NCBI GenBank assembly: GCA_965153355.1 | Contig: OZ231126.1 | Location: forward strand, 46,438,001 to 46,502,000 | Direction of reading: 5' to 3' | Length of the DNA stretch: 64,000 bases | Source of the DNA: Flaccisagitta enflata | Taxonomy: Eukaryota | Part shown: positions 47,156 to 59,073 of the stretch, one piece after another | How the letters are laid out: each line of letters begins with the position of its first letter | Numbering within the stretch: position 1 is the stretch's first letter | The notes under the pieces: model-generated | Seen by the model: the letters and a program-made list of their open reading frames with translations, nothing else | The model's database searches: none | What the model was told of the DNA's origin: nothing | Program-made: the position numbers and the translations under genes

Positions 47156-48663
47156 AATGCTTAGTGATGAGGAAATGTGGGGAGGGTGTGATTGGGCCTA
47201 CAGCCCACAGCCGAAAATTGTATAGGCGCCGAATGAATAGTGGTAGATCCCTCTTAGTGGTCATGGTATCATAAGATAATAGCGCATGCGCCTTTGCTCC
47301 GGTAAAGCATACGCGCTGCAGCGAGCTGTCTTTCTCTCTCTATACACTTGCGTCTTCCTATTCAAAATCGTCTGTTTGTTGTTCGTTGGTTTTCGTAAAG
47401 TTTTAGAATTTGGCTGGATTTCTATTTACAAGAATCTCAATGGGCGTTTTTTAATCATCTTCACTGAAAGACCACTACTCCAAGTTGGTACGACTGGTAC
47501 GAGATTGCAATGACTCATATTTGTGTCGCAAAGAGCTTTTCCCCTCGTTACGAGTGAATCTCAACACTCTCAACAGTCATCACGGTATACATGTAATTGG
47601 ACATTGTTTCAGGTTTACCTACATTCCTTATTTTATGATTTTTCTGTTCTTCTTTTTAACTTGATTCATATTGACGTTATGACGTTTTTGTCACTTAAGT
47701 CACTACCATTTGTTTTCCTCTCGATTGAACATTATACATTTGTTTTACTGGTTTGGTGAATTGCTGGTTATTACTTTAAAAACGAACCATTATGTTGCTC
47801 TTCTGGTGATATAACGCTGCATCTCATGAAAAAACGCCATTACAGCAAGCTCTCTCATTTCACTCATCGGCGTATATTCCCATGCATTATTGTATTTGGT
47901 GACTAGATTATTAGACATCTCATTAGAGTCCCACTGTATTTTCTCATATCCCTCCCTCCATAAATAGTTAACAATGAGCATTCCAATATGAAAAGCGCGG
48001 CTTCATTTCTTAACGAATCACTGTTAACTCTTATTTACGATTAATATTTTTTTAGTGCAATCATACACATGAATTACAGCTATACAGAGCATTTAGTAAA
48101 TTCCTAGGAGACACACCGAGCAATTTTTTCATCAAATACGCCTAGACGCATTATGTACGCGTCGTTCTTGTTTAGTTATGCCATCGTTTCAAATAATTCT
48201 TTTCTACTTAAGTTTGTTCGTGCTCAATCAAAATTGAAAAGGCACGAAAACTGGTCCCGATCAAGATTATACAGCTTTTAAACTTAAATTTCAACGGACA
48301 ATTTTTTCCCGTGCCGTTTTCCCCATTGAGTGCTACTGAGAAAGGGAATGTCAATGTAATAGATAAATGGATTTTTCTTTACGTTTCGCCCGTTCACGTG
48401 ATTTTTATAATGTTCGCGGGCGATTTCCGCAAAAATGTTCTTGCCCGACTACACGTTTCAGAGCCTGTCGCGCATCCGGCCTCGTTACTGTCCCAAAAAT
48501 TGTCCATATCATGATTTATGATCAAAAATTCAGGTCTTTAAAAAAACCTGAGAGGATCGTTTGAAATTTAATGTTCAAAATAGTAAGCGATACCTGCATA
48601 GACGTAGACTTGTAATATCTGATCTCAATCCCTTGATATTTTTTTGTTTTACTCCCTCGCTAC

Positions 48664-51600
48664 CTGTCCTTCCAGTGCAAAGAAACAAATCATGTTCAAA
48701 ATTTGTTCCTCCACGGGATTCATGTTCAACGGCTCTACAAGGCAGCTTTGGTTAAGTCTTTCTTTATGCAAAAACCCACCCTTGATTATCTCCGTCATTT
48801 TCGCCGTAAAGTTTTCTAACCTCGACAAATCTGATCTATAACGTTTTCTTTTTTTGTTCTCTTCAGCTGAACATTTGCATGAGCAGCATAGGCGAAACCC
48901 AGATCCTATCTGAGCGTATATATTGTAACCTATAGGTCGTGCTGTTTATATGCTATCAAGAAATCCTTAACACCACCATGAAATTTCATTGCGGAAATTA
49001 TGATTAACAGTTCAACAATAAATCATGTCCAAACAAAAAGCGTTGCAACTAACATAAAGAATTATTAGGTTACACCGTCTTTGGATCGGACTGTGAAATG
49101 CAAAACCTTTATAGCTCCTAAATCAATAGGAAAAAAGTCATGAAATTTTCAGTGAGTATTGGTAACATGTGACGGTTTTTGCATGTCAAAGCTCAGATCA
49201 TGATATAGAAAAGGTGAGGGAAAAACAAAATATTGAAAGAAAACCCATTTTTGATTAAGATCAATTTTTCCCCATTTCCTTAGAAAGGAGATGTCCTTAT
49301 CTGCTTGAAATTGCCTTGCATTTCAACAAAAACTCTAGGATTTATTTTCGATGACAGGTGTTAACTTATGTATTATCTATTTGCTGCATATTCTGAGAAA
49401 AAAACAGCACCTTCTGAAAAAAATCAGGTAAAAAAAACCATTTTGTTTAAAAAATGGATGTTCATGCAATATTTTGTTTTCCCCTCACCTTTTCTATTTT
49501 ATGATCTGAGCTTTGACATGCAAAAACCGTCACATGTTACCAATATTCACTGAAAATTTCATGACTTTTTTCCTAGTGGTTTAGGAGCTATAAAGGTTTT
49601 GCATTTCACAGTCCGATCCGAAGACGGTGTATTTCGGAATAAGTCAGCTCATGGATACCGTAGCAGACAGAATGAAGAAGTCATGTGAAAGTTATTTCTC
49701 AGTCAGTCAGCTTCCTGTTTGGTACACTTGTACAAGCATCCGTCGATCTTTTGTTTTTAAGACTTTTTAAGCGTTTTTTTTAAATTAGGGTTAGGGGTGG
49801 GTTTAGGGTTAGGATTGGGGATAGTTTTAGAGTTAGGGTTAGGGACAAGGTTTGCTTTAGGGCTAAGGGTTGGCTGGGTTTTATGTATTACGACCCGAAG
49901 CTATTCGAATTTAATTCGCTCTGGCGGAGGATTCTGAAAGAAAAACAAAATCGTGCCGAGACTCAATCAGCAGCTCCTATTGTTTTTACAGTAGGCTGTT
50001 TCTACAATCTCCTTTTTGAGAGATGGCCAAATAGGTCAATTTCAAAATTGAGAAAATTTGTCAAAAACATTCATAATCAGATAGCTCATGTCAATATGAA
50101 CATGGTTCAAAAACTGAATTTTGTTACTGATCCTTGATTTTCATGTAAATTAGGCTGAAATGCAACAAATAATGATCGAAAATAAGCAAAAATTGAGTTG
50201 TTAAAGTCCGCAAAACCAAAAAAATGGGAATATTTTACTAAATTACAGTTCAAGAATTCAATCAGACCCGATTCTGCTGAAAAAAAATTGAGATTTCAAT
50301 TTTTTTTGAAAATTCTCTATAAGCAGCTTTTTTGGCTGGTTGGGCCAGTTGGCAAAAATTTACCAATCTTTCGCAACGAAACTAAGGCATTCTCTGAAAG
50401 AACTACTGTGCAAAATTTTTAAATTGGACAATTATTTTAGAAGTCATGCCGTTTTTTTTTTATTTTTGAGTGGTAGGCTGGTTGGCTAAGGTTGGTTAGA
50501 TGTGTCCCAGATGCACCAAATGCTCGTAATAGTTTCAGTACAGTATTGATCCATGCAAAAAATCTTTTGTCTCTCTCAAAGGGTTTCCAAGATATGGGCA
50601 TTTCCTGATTTTTTTGGTTTACCATTTTGCTGTAAGTGCATACATGCGCCGATAACAAAGAATTAACTATGAAGATTCATCTTGAAGCGTGATTATTCCG
50701 CAACAATTTACTGACCAATCACATTGAAAATTTCATTATGGCTGAATGCCGGGGAGTTAAGACCTGAACTTTTCAGTGTATTTGCAAAATTTCATCCTCT
50801 TTCTCATCGTGTTATCCAAATTTCCATCATCAGTTTCACAATGGCGTGACAGTGACAGACTTAAAGCGTGACATGAGCGTGACAGAAGAGCTGGGGTTGT
50901 GTGCAGAATAATCACGCTTGAAGAAAAGTGTCATTACGCGGGATTGGGGTGTCACAGTGGCATGAAATTTGGAGCGTATGTCCTTCAAGTAGTCCTCTAT
51001 TAGATAGAAACCTGAAAAGTGATTAACTTTGAGAATTTATAGTGTTTTAAAAAAAGATATCGGCATACTCAGATTTTGCCATGAAATAGCAAAAAAATTA
51101 GAAGGATCAAAATTTGATGATAATACAATATTTGAACAAATTAGCATTTGCGCAGTAGGATGAAATTTTTTGTACATTACATCGGAATGATGATAACTGA
51201 TTAAAAGCTGAGAAATGATCAGTTAATCTATTTTTGATAGGTTTTGCTTGTTATTTGCTTGTCCGGACAAAATCCGGACATGCCAATGTGGCCAATTTGA
51301 CCTAATTTTTACTACCCCTAGGGGTAGGGGTAGTCACAAAAAATGGTTTGGCAAGGTAATCCAGGTAGTTAGGAAGGTCATCCGACTATAAAAACTTGTC
51401 ACAATGCAATAGACATTGCGGTAACACTGTTAACGTGGTGGTGAGTCGGGTTCTCTCGTCAAAAAGAGATTGTGACATTCCACAGTGGGATTTGCGTGCT
51501 CAGAGCGAGCGAGGAAGCTTACATCTGCGTGTCTCTCTATATACGGCTTTTATACGCCATTGATCAACTAATTTTTCAACCAAAATGGATTCCTCCCTCA

Positions 51601-51703
51601 TAGAATTGACAAAAAAAGAACATTTAGGCGAAGCACAGTGGTTTATTTCATAATTTTTGGGCCTCATATTAAAGCAGTCCGGCATAGACCGGCAGTCAAA
51701 ATT
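48664..51703 (-). CDS. Candidate exons of an uncharacterised Cys-containing protein
   Basis: 51703-51523 (acceptor ttttttgccag, 60 codons+1, donor gtaagc) is phase-compatible with 48929-48664 (2+88 codons, donor gtagcg). No start, stop or family recognised. Confidence 0.3.
49073..49629. mobile_element. Tc1/mariner-type MITE, ~180-bp TIRs
   Basis: TA-caccgtctttggatcggactgtgaaatgc ... gcatttcacagtccgatccgaagacggtg-TA. Confidence 0.85.
49996..51479 (+). mobile_element. ~1.5 kb non-autonomous DNA transposon, copy 2
   Basis: Colinear with 23916-25425. Confidence 0.75.
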
Positions 51704-54495
51704 CTGGCAAAAAAATGACAAAAGTGCTGAAAGAGAGAAGACGAAGAAAAAGGTGAAAAGAAAGGACAAGACTAAAATGTCAATCAAGAAGATGAAGTAC
51801 AGTAGATGAAGTAGGGGAAGAAGAATGCGACAAAGATGGTGGAAAAGAAGGTGGAGGTGGAGGAGGAGGAGGAAGAGGAGGAGGAGGAGGAGGAGGAATC
51901 AAGTGATTGAAGATTTGAAAGATTAGTTTCAGTTTTAATGTTTTATTACGTAAGGAAATAATAAGAACAGGGAGGAAACAACAAGAATAAGAAGAAAAAG
52001 AAGTAGAAGAAGAAGAAGAAGTAAAAAAAAAAAAAAGGATGAGGAAGAAGAAGAGGGAGATGAAGAAGAAGAAGAAGGTGGAGGAGAAAAAGGAGGCATT
52101 AGCACAAGGAATGTTGAAAAAATCACTTTTATCACAATGACGCGAGGAAGAACAGAAGAAGAAAGAAGAAGAAGAAGAAGAAGAAGAAGAAGAAGAAGAA
52201 GAAGGAGGAGGAGGAGAGGAGAAGAAGAAGAAGAAGAAGAAGAAGGAGGAGGAGAAGAGGAGGAAGGAGGAGAAGAAGAAGAAGAAGAAGAAGAAGAGGA
52301 AGGACAAGAACGAGGAAGGGCAGTAGAATGAATCAAAATTCGAGTGCTGAGAATATCAGTTTCAAGTTTCAACATGATTACGAGAAGAAGAAGAAGAAGA
52401 AGAAGAAGAAGAAAAAAAAGAAGAAGAAGAAGAAGAAGAGTAGGAGATGAAGAAGGAGAAGATGAAGAAGAAGAAGAAGGTGGAGGAGAATAGTCGCAAA
52501 AGCGTCAGATGGTCAACGGTACCCGTGCCCTGCCTGAGTAGGTTGTGCTTAAAGTGAGTGAGCAGGGCAGCTACCCTGGGGGCGTCGATGACCATGCCAT
52601 TAGAATTTTTCTTCTTCCCTCCTCCCCAGCATCCGGCCTCTTGGCTGAGATTTGATTTCAAGGCTGAGATTTGGGCCTCAAGGCTGGGATCTGCTTTAGA
52701 CTGGGATTTAGGCCTTGAGGCTAGAATTAAATTTTGAGACTGGAATTTGGGCCTCGAGACTAATCTTGGGGGAGGGTGGAGAAGGAGAAGGAGGAGAGAA
52801 GAAGGAAAATTCCATATGTGTAAAGCATAAGTCATCTTACCTCTAGGGCTGCTGCCCAAAAAGGAGGAATTTAGACATAGAATGATGAAAAGATGATTTG
52901 TAGCAAAATGACACAAAGAAGAAGAAGAAGAAGAAGAAGAAGAAGAAGAAGAAGAAGAAGAAGAAGAAGAAAAACATGAAGAAGAAGAGAGGAGGAGAGG
53001 AGAATGAGAACAATGAAAAATAGTAGGAGTAATTTCAAATGGAACACTGATATCACTTTCAAGTTTCAATGTAATTAGGCAACCAGAAAGAAGAAGAAGA
53101 AGAAGATGAAGAAGGAGAACAAGAAGAAGAAGAACAAGAAGAGGAAGAAGAAGAAGATCAGCAATATTAAGAATAAGAAGAGAATGAAGAATCAAAGTTG
53201 GTGTAAAGTTAAAGGATAAAAAGAAACTGAAGAATATCAATCCTGTTCCATTTCTAAATTCGCTAAGATGAGAGAGAGATAGCTACATATAAATTAACTA
53301 TGTGAGAGATAGAGATAGAAAGAAAGGAATTAAAGCTCTATTTCACTCATCATCAAAACAGGAGAATTAAGGTATGTTGGCCCTAGTTTGACCTATTCTC
53401 ACTATGTCTTCCTTATTAACAACACCCTTAGTGATCTTTCTATAATAATTTTAGGCCCGGCGATCCCCAGCGTTTTTTTTCTGAGATTGATTTGTATATG
53501 CATGCAAATTAGATAGAAGGCCCAAAATTCAAGGTGGGGTGAGGACTATGCGAAATGAAGAAATGGCTCAGTTTTCGGTTTTAAACCTCGGTAGAGACTC
53601 TAATTCAATAGATTGTGGTCAAGTTTTGACTTGGAATGATCATTTGATAGGAAATATTGACCCCTAAAATTTGCCTCTGCATTTGGCGTTTTTTTCTATT
53701 TTCCTAATTATCATGATTTTGACGCTTTTTTAAGCGCTCGTATGGGATTATTTTATGCTGAAATCGACTGAGACATATGCTTAAATGTTTTTAGCAAGTG
53801 TTTCCTTCAGATTTAGGCCCGTTTTCAAAAAAAAGAAAATTGTCATACCGCTGGCTATCACCAGCCACATCCCATTGTGCATTCGCCAGTAACAAGGCCA
53901 AGTAGGCCAATAAGGTGCGACGTGTTGATCGTGGAACGAATGCGTTACCCAACCGACCGACCGACGGACAGAGCCAGTTATAGAGGTGCTTTATCGCACC
54001 TAAAAAGAACGAAGGAAAGAACTAGGCCAAGTAGGCCAATAAGATTTAACCAACCGACCGACCGACCAACCAACCAACACAGCCAGTTATAGAGGTGCTT
54101 TGTCGCACCTAAAAACAAGACGAAGAGAAAGGGAAACTGAAAGATGTAATGGTAACAAGTCATCCAAGGATCGCACATGGTCAGCGGTACCCGATGCCCT
54201 GCTTGGACTGATCAGCTGAAGAAGTGGAGTGAGAGCAGGGCAGATATCCTGTAAAATACAGGGGTGAATTTCCATACATCCTGAGAGGGTATACTTGAGG
54301 TCTTTGGGGCCATTTTCCATGAAATTCAATGGGAGTTCTGCATTTTTTCAGTCTCTTGCCTATTTTCCATGTTATTGAATGGGAATTTCACATTTTTTCC
54401 TTCTGTTAATTTTCCATTTCATTCAGTGGGATTTTCTCATTTTTTCATGTTATTCAAACAAGGACGGACAAAGGCACTTATAAAGTTAGCGGCTA

Positions 54496-54534
<39 letters not shown>

Positions 54535-57115
54535 AAGAAAGAAAGAAAGAGAGAGAAAGAGAAGACGATAGGAGAGGTGGGAAGAACATGTAACCCGGGG
54601 TTACAATATCGTCGCCGACGGAGGGCAGGGGCGGAAAGGTGCGTTTTTACTCTAACGAATTTACTCAGGACAGACAGAGCGACAGATGAACAAAGCTCCT
54701 CAAGAATAAAGCTTCTGCTCCACAAAAATCTTCCCATCGAATGAATAGTAGGCTTAGGAATCTTGGCTCTCCATCCATGTGGCAATTGTCGACTCGGCAG
54801 TGCAGAGCCTACCCTGTTGACCTACCTGGTCTTTTGAATTTACATTTGTTTCGGTTAAGACGGTTTAATCAAATCATGGAGAAAGTTGTAAAAACCGAGG
54901 TTGATCCTGGATCTAATTATCCATTTTCTCCATACCACAAAACGATAAAAAGTAGATTTACTTCTCCTTTGAAATATTAACGTTTGAGCAAGCTACCATG
55001 AATCCATAGGTATGAGAGGGTTAGGGGTCTGAGATTCATGTGGGTTCCTTTTGAGAGCCAAACGCAGAAGTGATTTACTCATAGCAGCATAACATCAAGG
55101 TTCCCTCTGCGCTGTGGGATTGTCGACTTCTTTCAATATTTTATCTTGAAATGACATGTCTTTTTGTCCTAATCTTCTCCTTCCATGAACATCCGCTTTT
55201 GTCTGCTCCACTTCGTTGGTCTGTCAGGTGGTCATCGGTGCTTCGTTTCCTCTTTATTCTTCACAATTAAGGAACAACACCACCCTCTATGTCCTCCTCG
55301 TTTTTAGGTGCGACAAAGCACCTCTGTAACTGGCTGTGTCCGTCGGTTGGTCTGTCGGTTGGTTGGTCTGTAACGCATTCCTTCGACGATCCACACGTCG
55401 CACCTATTGGCCTACTCTAAGTCAAAGTTAGTGGTAAAAGTAAGGGTCAATCAATTTGAACAGACTCCCCGCGTTATTGATTACACTTCGGGTAGCAGCT
55501 TCATCCATCTTAGTTCCGTATTTTGAGCCAAGTGTGTAAAGGGTCATCGCTAGATTTTCCATCTTTGGTCGTAATGTACGATTCCGCCATCCTTTTCCTC
55601 CTTGTGTCTTCTATTCGAGGTGTTTTTAGACCGTTTTCATGTTAGAAATCTCAGAAATCGTCTTCGTCTGTTATGCTCTGCTCGACTTTTTTCTTTCTTA
55701 TTTGAATGGAATTGCTTCCTTCTCAAACTGGTCAAGAAATTATGGCCATACTTCGGACATTTCTGTTTATTATTTGTTGTAGCGCGCACGCTAGGCCTGT
55801 CGGTTGGTCCATGACACTGCTCGTTCGGCACTTACAGGTGTTTTTGCATAACTGCTCCTGCCCAAATGCTTTGTCTTTTTCATCACTGCCCTGAACGTAT
55901 CGATTCAGTACAGATGTTGAAAATCCCTCTTTCTCTATGCCTCATTGTGTCTGTCTGTTTGCGTCTATTTCAGGTGCGCGAACACATATCTATAAAAGGC
56001 TCTGTCCCTCAGTCGGTCGGTGAAATTCGCATAAAATGTTTGAAATCACACGGAACTCATCTCATTCATCACGCATACATGTCATCAATGTATTCATTCT
56101 CATATTCAGCCTCGTTTATATCTGATAGAGTTTGGGATAGGACTCAAGAGGGATAAGGGATAAGGGATAAGGTTGGGGCATAGAGTTTGGGATAAATCTG
56201 AGTATAAATAATGCCAGGCGCACCGTCTTTGCCCGTGTATCCGGACTTGTTTTCGAGTCGCCCGCCCGTCCGTTAGTCGTTCGTCACGCTTGAGTGGAAA
56301 AGTGGAAAGAAATAAGTAGAGCAAATCTTGGTCTACTGTTATGAAATGTAACAGGTCGCCCAAGGGCAATATGTGGTCAGCGATACCCGTTGCCCTGCTT
56401 TGCATGGTTGTAAATCGGAATGAGACGCAGGGGCAGCGGCCCCAAAGGGGACGAAGTCCTGTAGAACACGGGACTTTCGTTCGTTTGTCCATTCGTCCGT
56501 CAATCCGCCCTCCCCAGGCCCTCTCAGGCCTGAAATCTGCCATCTCAGGCCTAAAATCTGTCCTCTCAGGCCTGAAATCTGCCATCTCAGGCTTAAAATC
56601 TGTCATCTCAGGCCTGAAATCTGCCCTCTCAGGCCTTGAATCTGAGAGGGCAGATTTCAGGCCTGAGAGGGCAGATTTAAAGCCTGACAGGCAGGTTTCA
56701 GGCCTGAAAGGGCAAATTTCAGGCCTGAGACAGCAGATTCAAGGCCTGAGAAGGCAGATGTCAGGCCTAAGAGGGTAAATTTCAGGCCTGAGAGGGCCTG
56801 GGGGGACGCACAAACGAACGAACGGACAAATGAACGAAAGTCCCCTGTGTCCTACAGGACTTCGTCCCCTTTGGGGCCGCTGCCCAAAAAGCAATGACGA
56901 GCTCTATGTCGCAAAGGGTGCATGCAATGAGGAAATTGTGGCGGAGACGGGCCCCAGCAAGATGTCTTATTCCCGCTATCAATATGGAAGAAGTATCAAC
57001 ACCGTGCATATAATAGTATAAATATCCTCGCACCGGCTGACGGCTGCCATCGTATAACCATCGCACAATCAATCAGATTTATAAGTGATGGGGAAAAAAT
57101 CAGGATCTTCTAGGA

Positions 57116-57600
57116 TAGACTTAGACTCGAAAATTTTCCTAGGTCAGTGAGTAGCTCAATCTTTTGCATGGACCTGCTCAGCGCTTTCAATAATGCATGT
57201 TTCAAATTTCAAGGTTCTGGCTCAAATACTTTAGAAGTTATAAGCATTTGTTTGAACCATATCAAACTAAAAAAATTCCAGGAGAATCTTAAAACTTTCT
57301 TTTGAAATACGGCCGACACAAAAAATTTTTAAGTTTTTTTGAAAAAAGTGAAATTACAAGATTTTGGATCTAGGCGATTCAAGCAATTTCCTATAAAATG
57401 AACCCCACTTTTTTTTCGAAAAAAAAATCCTCATTAAAGGCTTTTTGAGGCCTCTAGGGGCCCCTAAGAAGTTCAAAATTTTGGTCAATGAGATCAACAG
57501 AGTTATGTGCATATGCCAAGGTATCTTTCAGGAACAAATTCAAGCAGATTAGTTCAAGCTAAAGCTCATACCGTCACTACCTTCGGACCGGCCGCATAAA
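57116..57600 (+). mobile_element. Dispersed ~480-bp repeat, uninterrupted copy
   Basis: Homologous to 34296-34313 joined to 36543-37003. Confidence 0.75.
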
Positions 57601-57730
57601 AAAGAGAAATATGAAAATTCACGGGGACTTAGATTTAGGATCTAAGGTCAATATCTATCTAGGATCCTCAGCGTTGATAGATTTTCACCCTTTTTCCTTG
57701 TCTTACTCCTTGATATGACGGTAACCCTAA

Positions 57731-58475
57731 CAGCTGGGTATCCTACGATTCTAAGAAACCTAGGTTTCTGGGTTAGAAACCTTACGTTTCTAGGTTTCCT
57801 AGCTGATTTTACAAAGGGAAAGTGAGTCTTTTCATTATAACCCAAAAAGCGCTGCTTTGATTTTTCTCCTTTCTTGGGTGATTGTCCATGATGGCACAAC
57901 ATCCAGATGCCATAAAAGAATAGCATCGCCACTCCGCTATAGATAAAAAATGTGAATGAAAAAATCCTACCTACGTTTCTTAGGTTTCTAGGTTTTCTAG
58001 GAAAATGTTGCTTATGTTTCTTAGAATTCTAGATTTACAAGGATTTACAATATCAGCAAGAATAGAAATTTTTTCTTCCTTGAACATCTGTTGCTCCTTT
58101 CATTGGTTGATCCACTTTTTTGTTAGAAAAGATTTTAATTTTCGCTGACATTATTAATCTTGGGAAACCTAGAATTCTAAGAAACCTATGCAAAATCTTC
58201 TTAGAAAACCTAGAAACGTAAGAAACCTAGGTTAAAATTCTTCTTTCACTTTTTCCACCAACTTAGAGTAGAGTGGCGACGCTATTATTCTATGGCATCA
58301 GGATGTCTTCCCGTTGTTAGTAACCACCCAAAAAATTGGAAAAATTGAAGGGGCGCTTTCTGGATTAAAATGAGAAAAACTCAATTTCCCATTGTAAAGT
58401 TGGTTAGGAAACTTAGAATCCTAAGCTTTCTTACCCAGATTCCTACGTTTTTTAGAATCGTAGGAAACTCAGCTG
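57731..58475. mobile_element. Diverged foldback element, CAGCTG termini, 5-bp TSD
   Basis: cagctgggtatcctacgattcta ... tagaatcgtaggaaactcagctg; CCTAA at 57726-57730 and 58476-58480; arms extend almost to the centre. Confidence 0.72.
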
Positions 58476-58670
58476 CCTAATGCGCGTAATTGCGCAATTA
58501 ACTATGGGCTGAGATTGAGCTCAATCTCTGACTTTTTAATTATGCAAATTAAGCCTAGACTTACTTTTGCGCTTGGAAATTCTTGAGTAAAACTGTTCTA
58601 TGCAATAGTAATTATCGGGATTCAATTACTTTGGTTTACTGGGGCAAATTGGAATTGAGAAAAATGAGTA

Positions 58671-59073
58671 CAGACGGGACCCTAATAAGAGCGGAGGAGG
58701 GACCCAAAGTGTTACATGCCCCCCCCTACAGCTCAACTGGTTCAATCAATTCTCACATTTGCAGTGGCGGTTGACACTTTAGGTGAATACAAATGGCGCC
58801 ACCGTGGCGATTTTTCAATTTCCACCTTGAACCCCCTCAAACCACTCCAAAAGCTCGAAAAATTGAAGAATTTTTTTTCTCAAATTTTGATCCAAATTTG
58901 ACCCGTTGAGGGGGTTCAAGGTGGAAATTGAAAAATCGCTACGGTGGCGCCAATTGTATTCACCTAAGGTGTCAACTGCCACTGCAAATAAGAAAGTTGA
59001 TTGAACCATGTGAGCTGTAGGGGGGGCATGTAACAATTGGGTCCCTCCTCCGCTCTTATTAGGGTCCCTTCTG
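58671..59073. mobile_element. Palindromic Tc1/mariner-type MITE
   Basis: TA-cagacgggaccctaataagagcggaggagggaccc ... gggtccctcctccgctcttattagggtcccttctg-TA. Confidence 0.85.

Noticed and set aside
49785-49880. TTAGGG-like tracts (also 63406-63490)
   Set aside because: Short, degenerate and interstitial; not a telomere.
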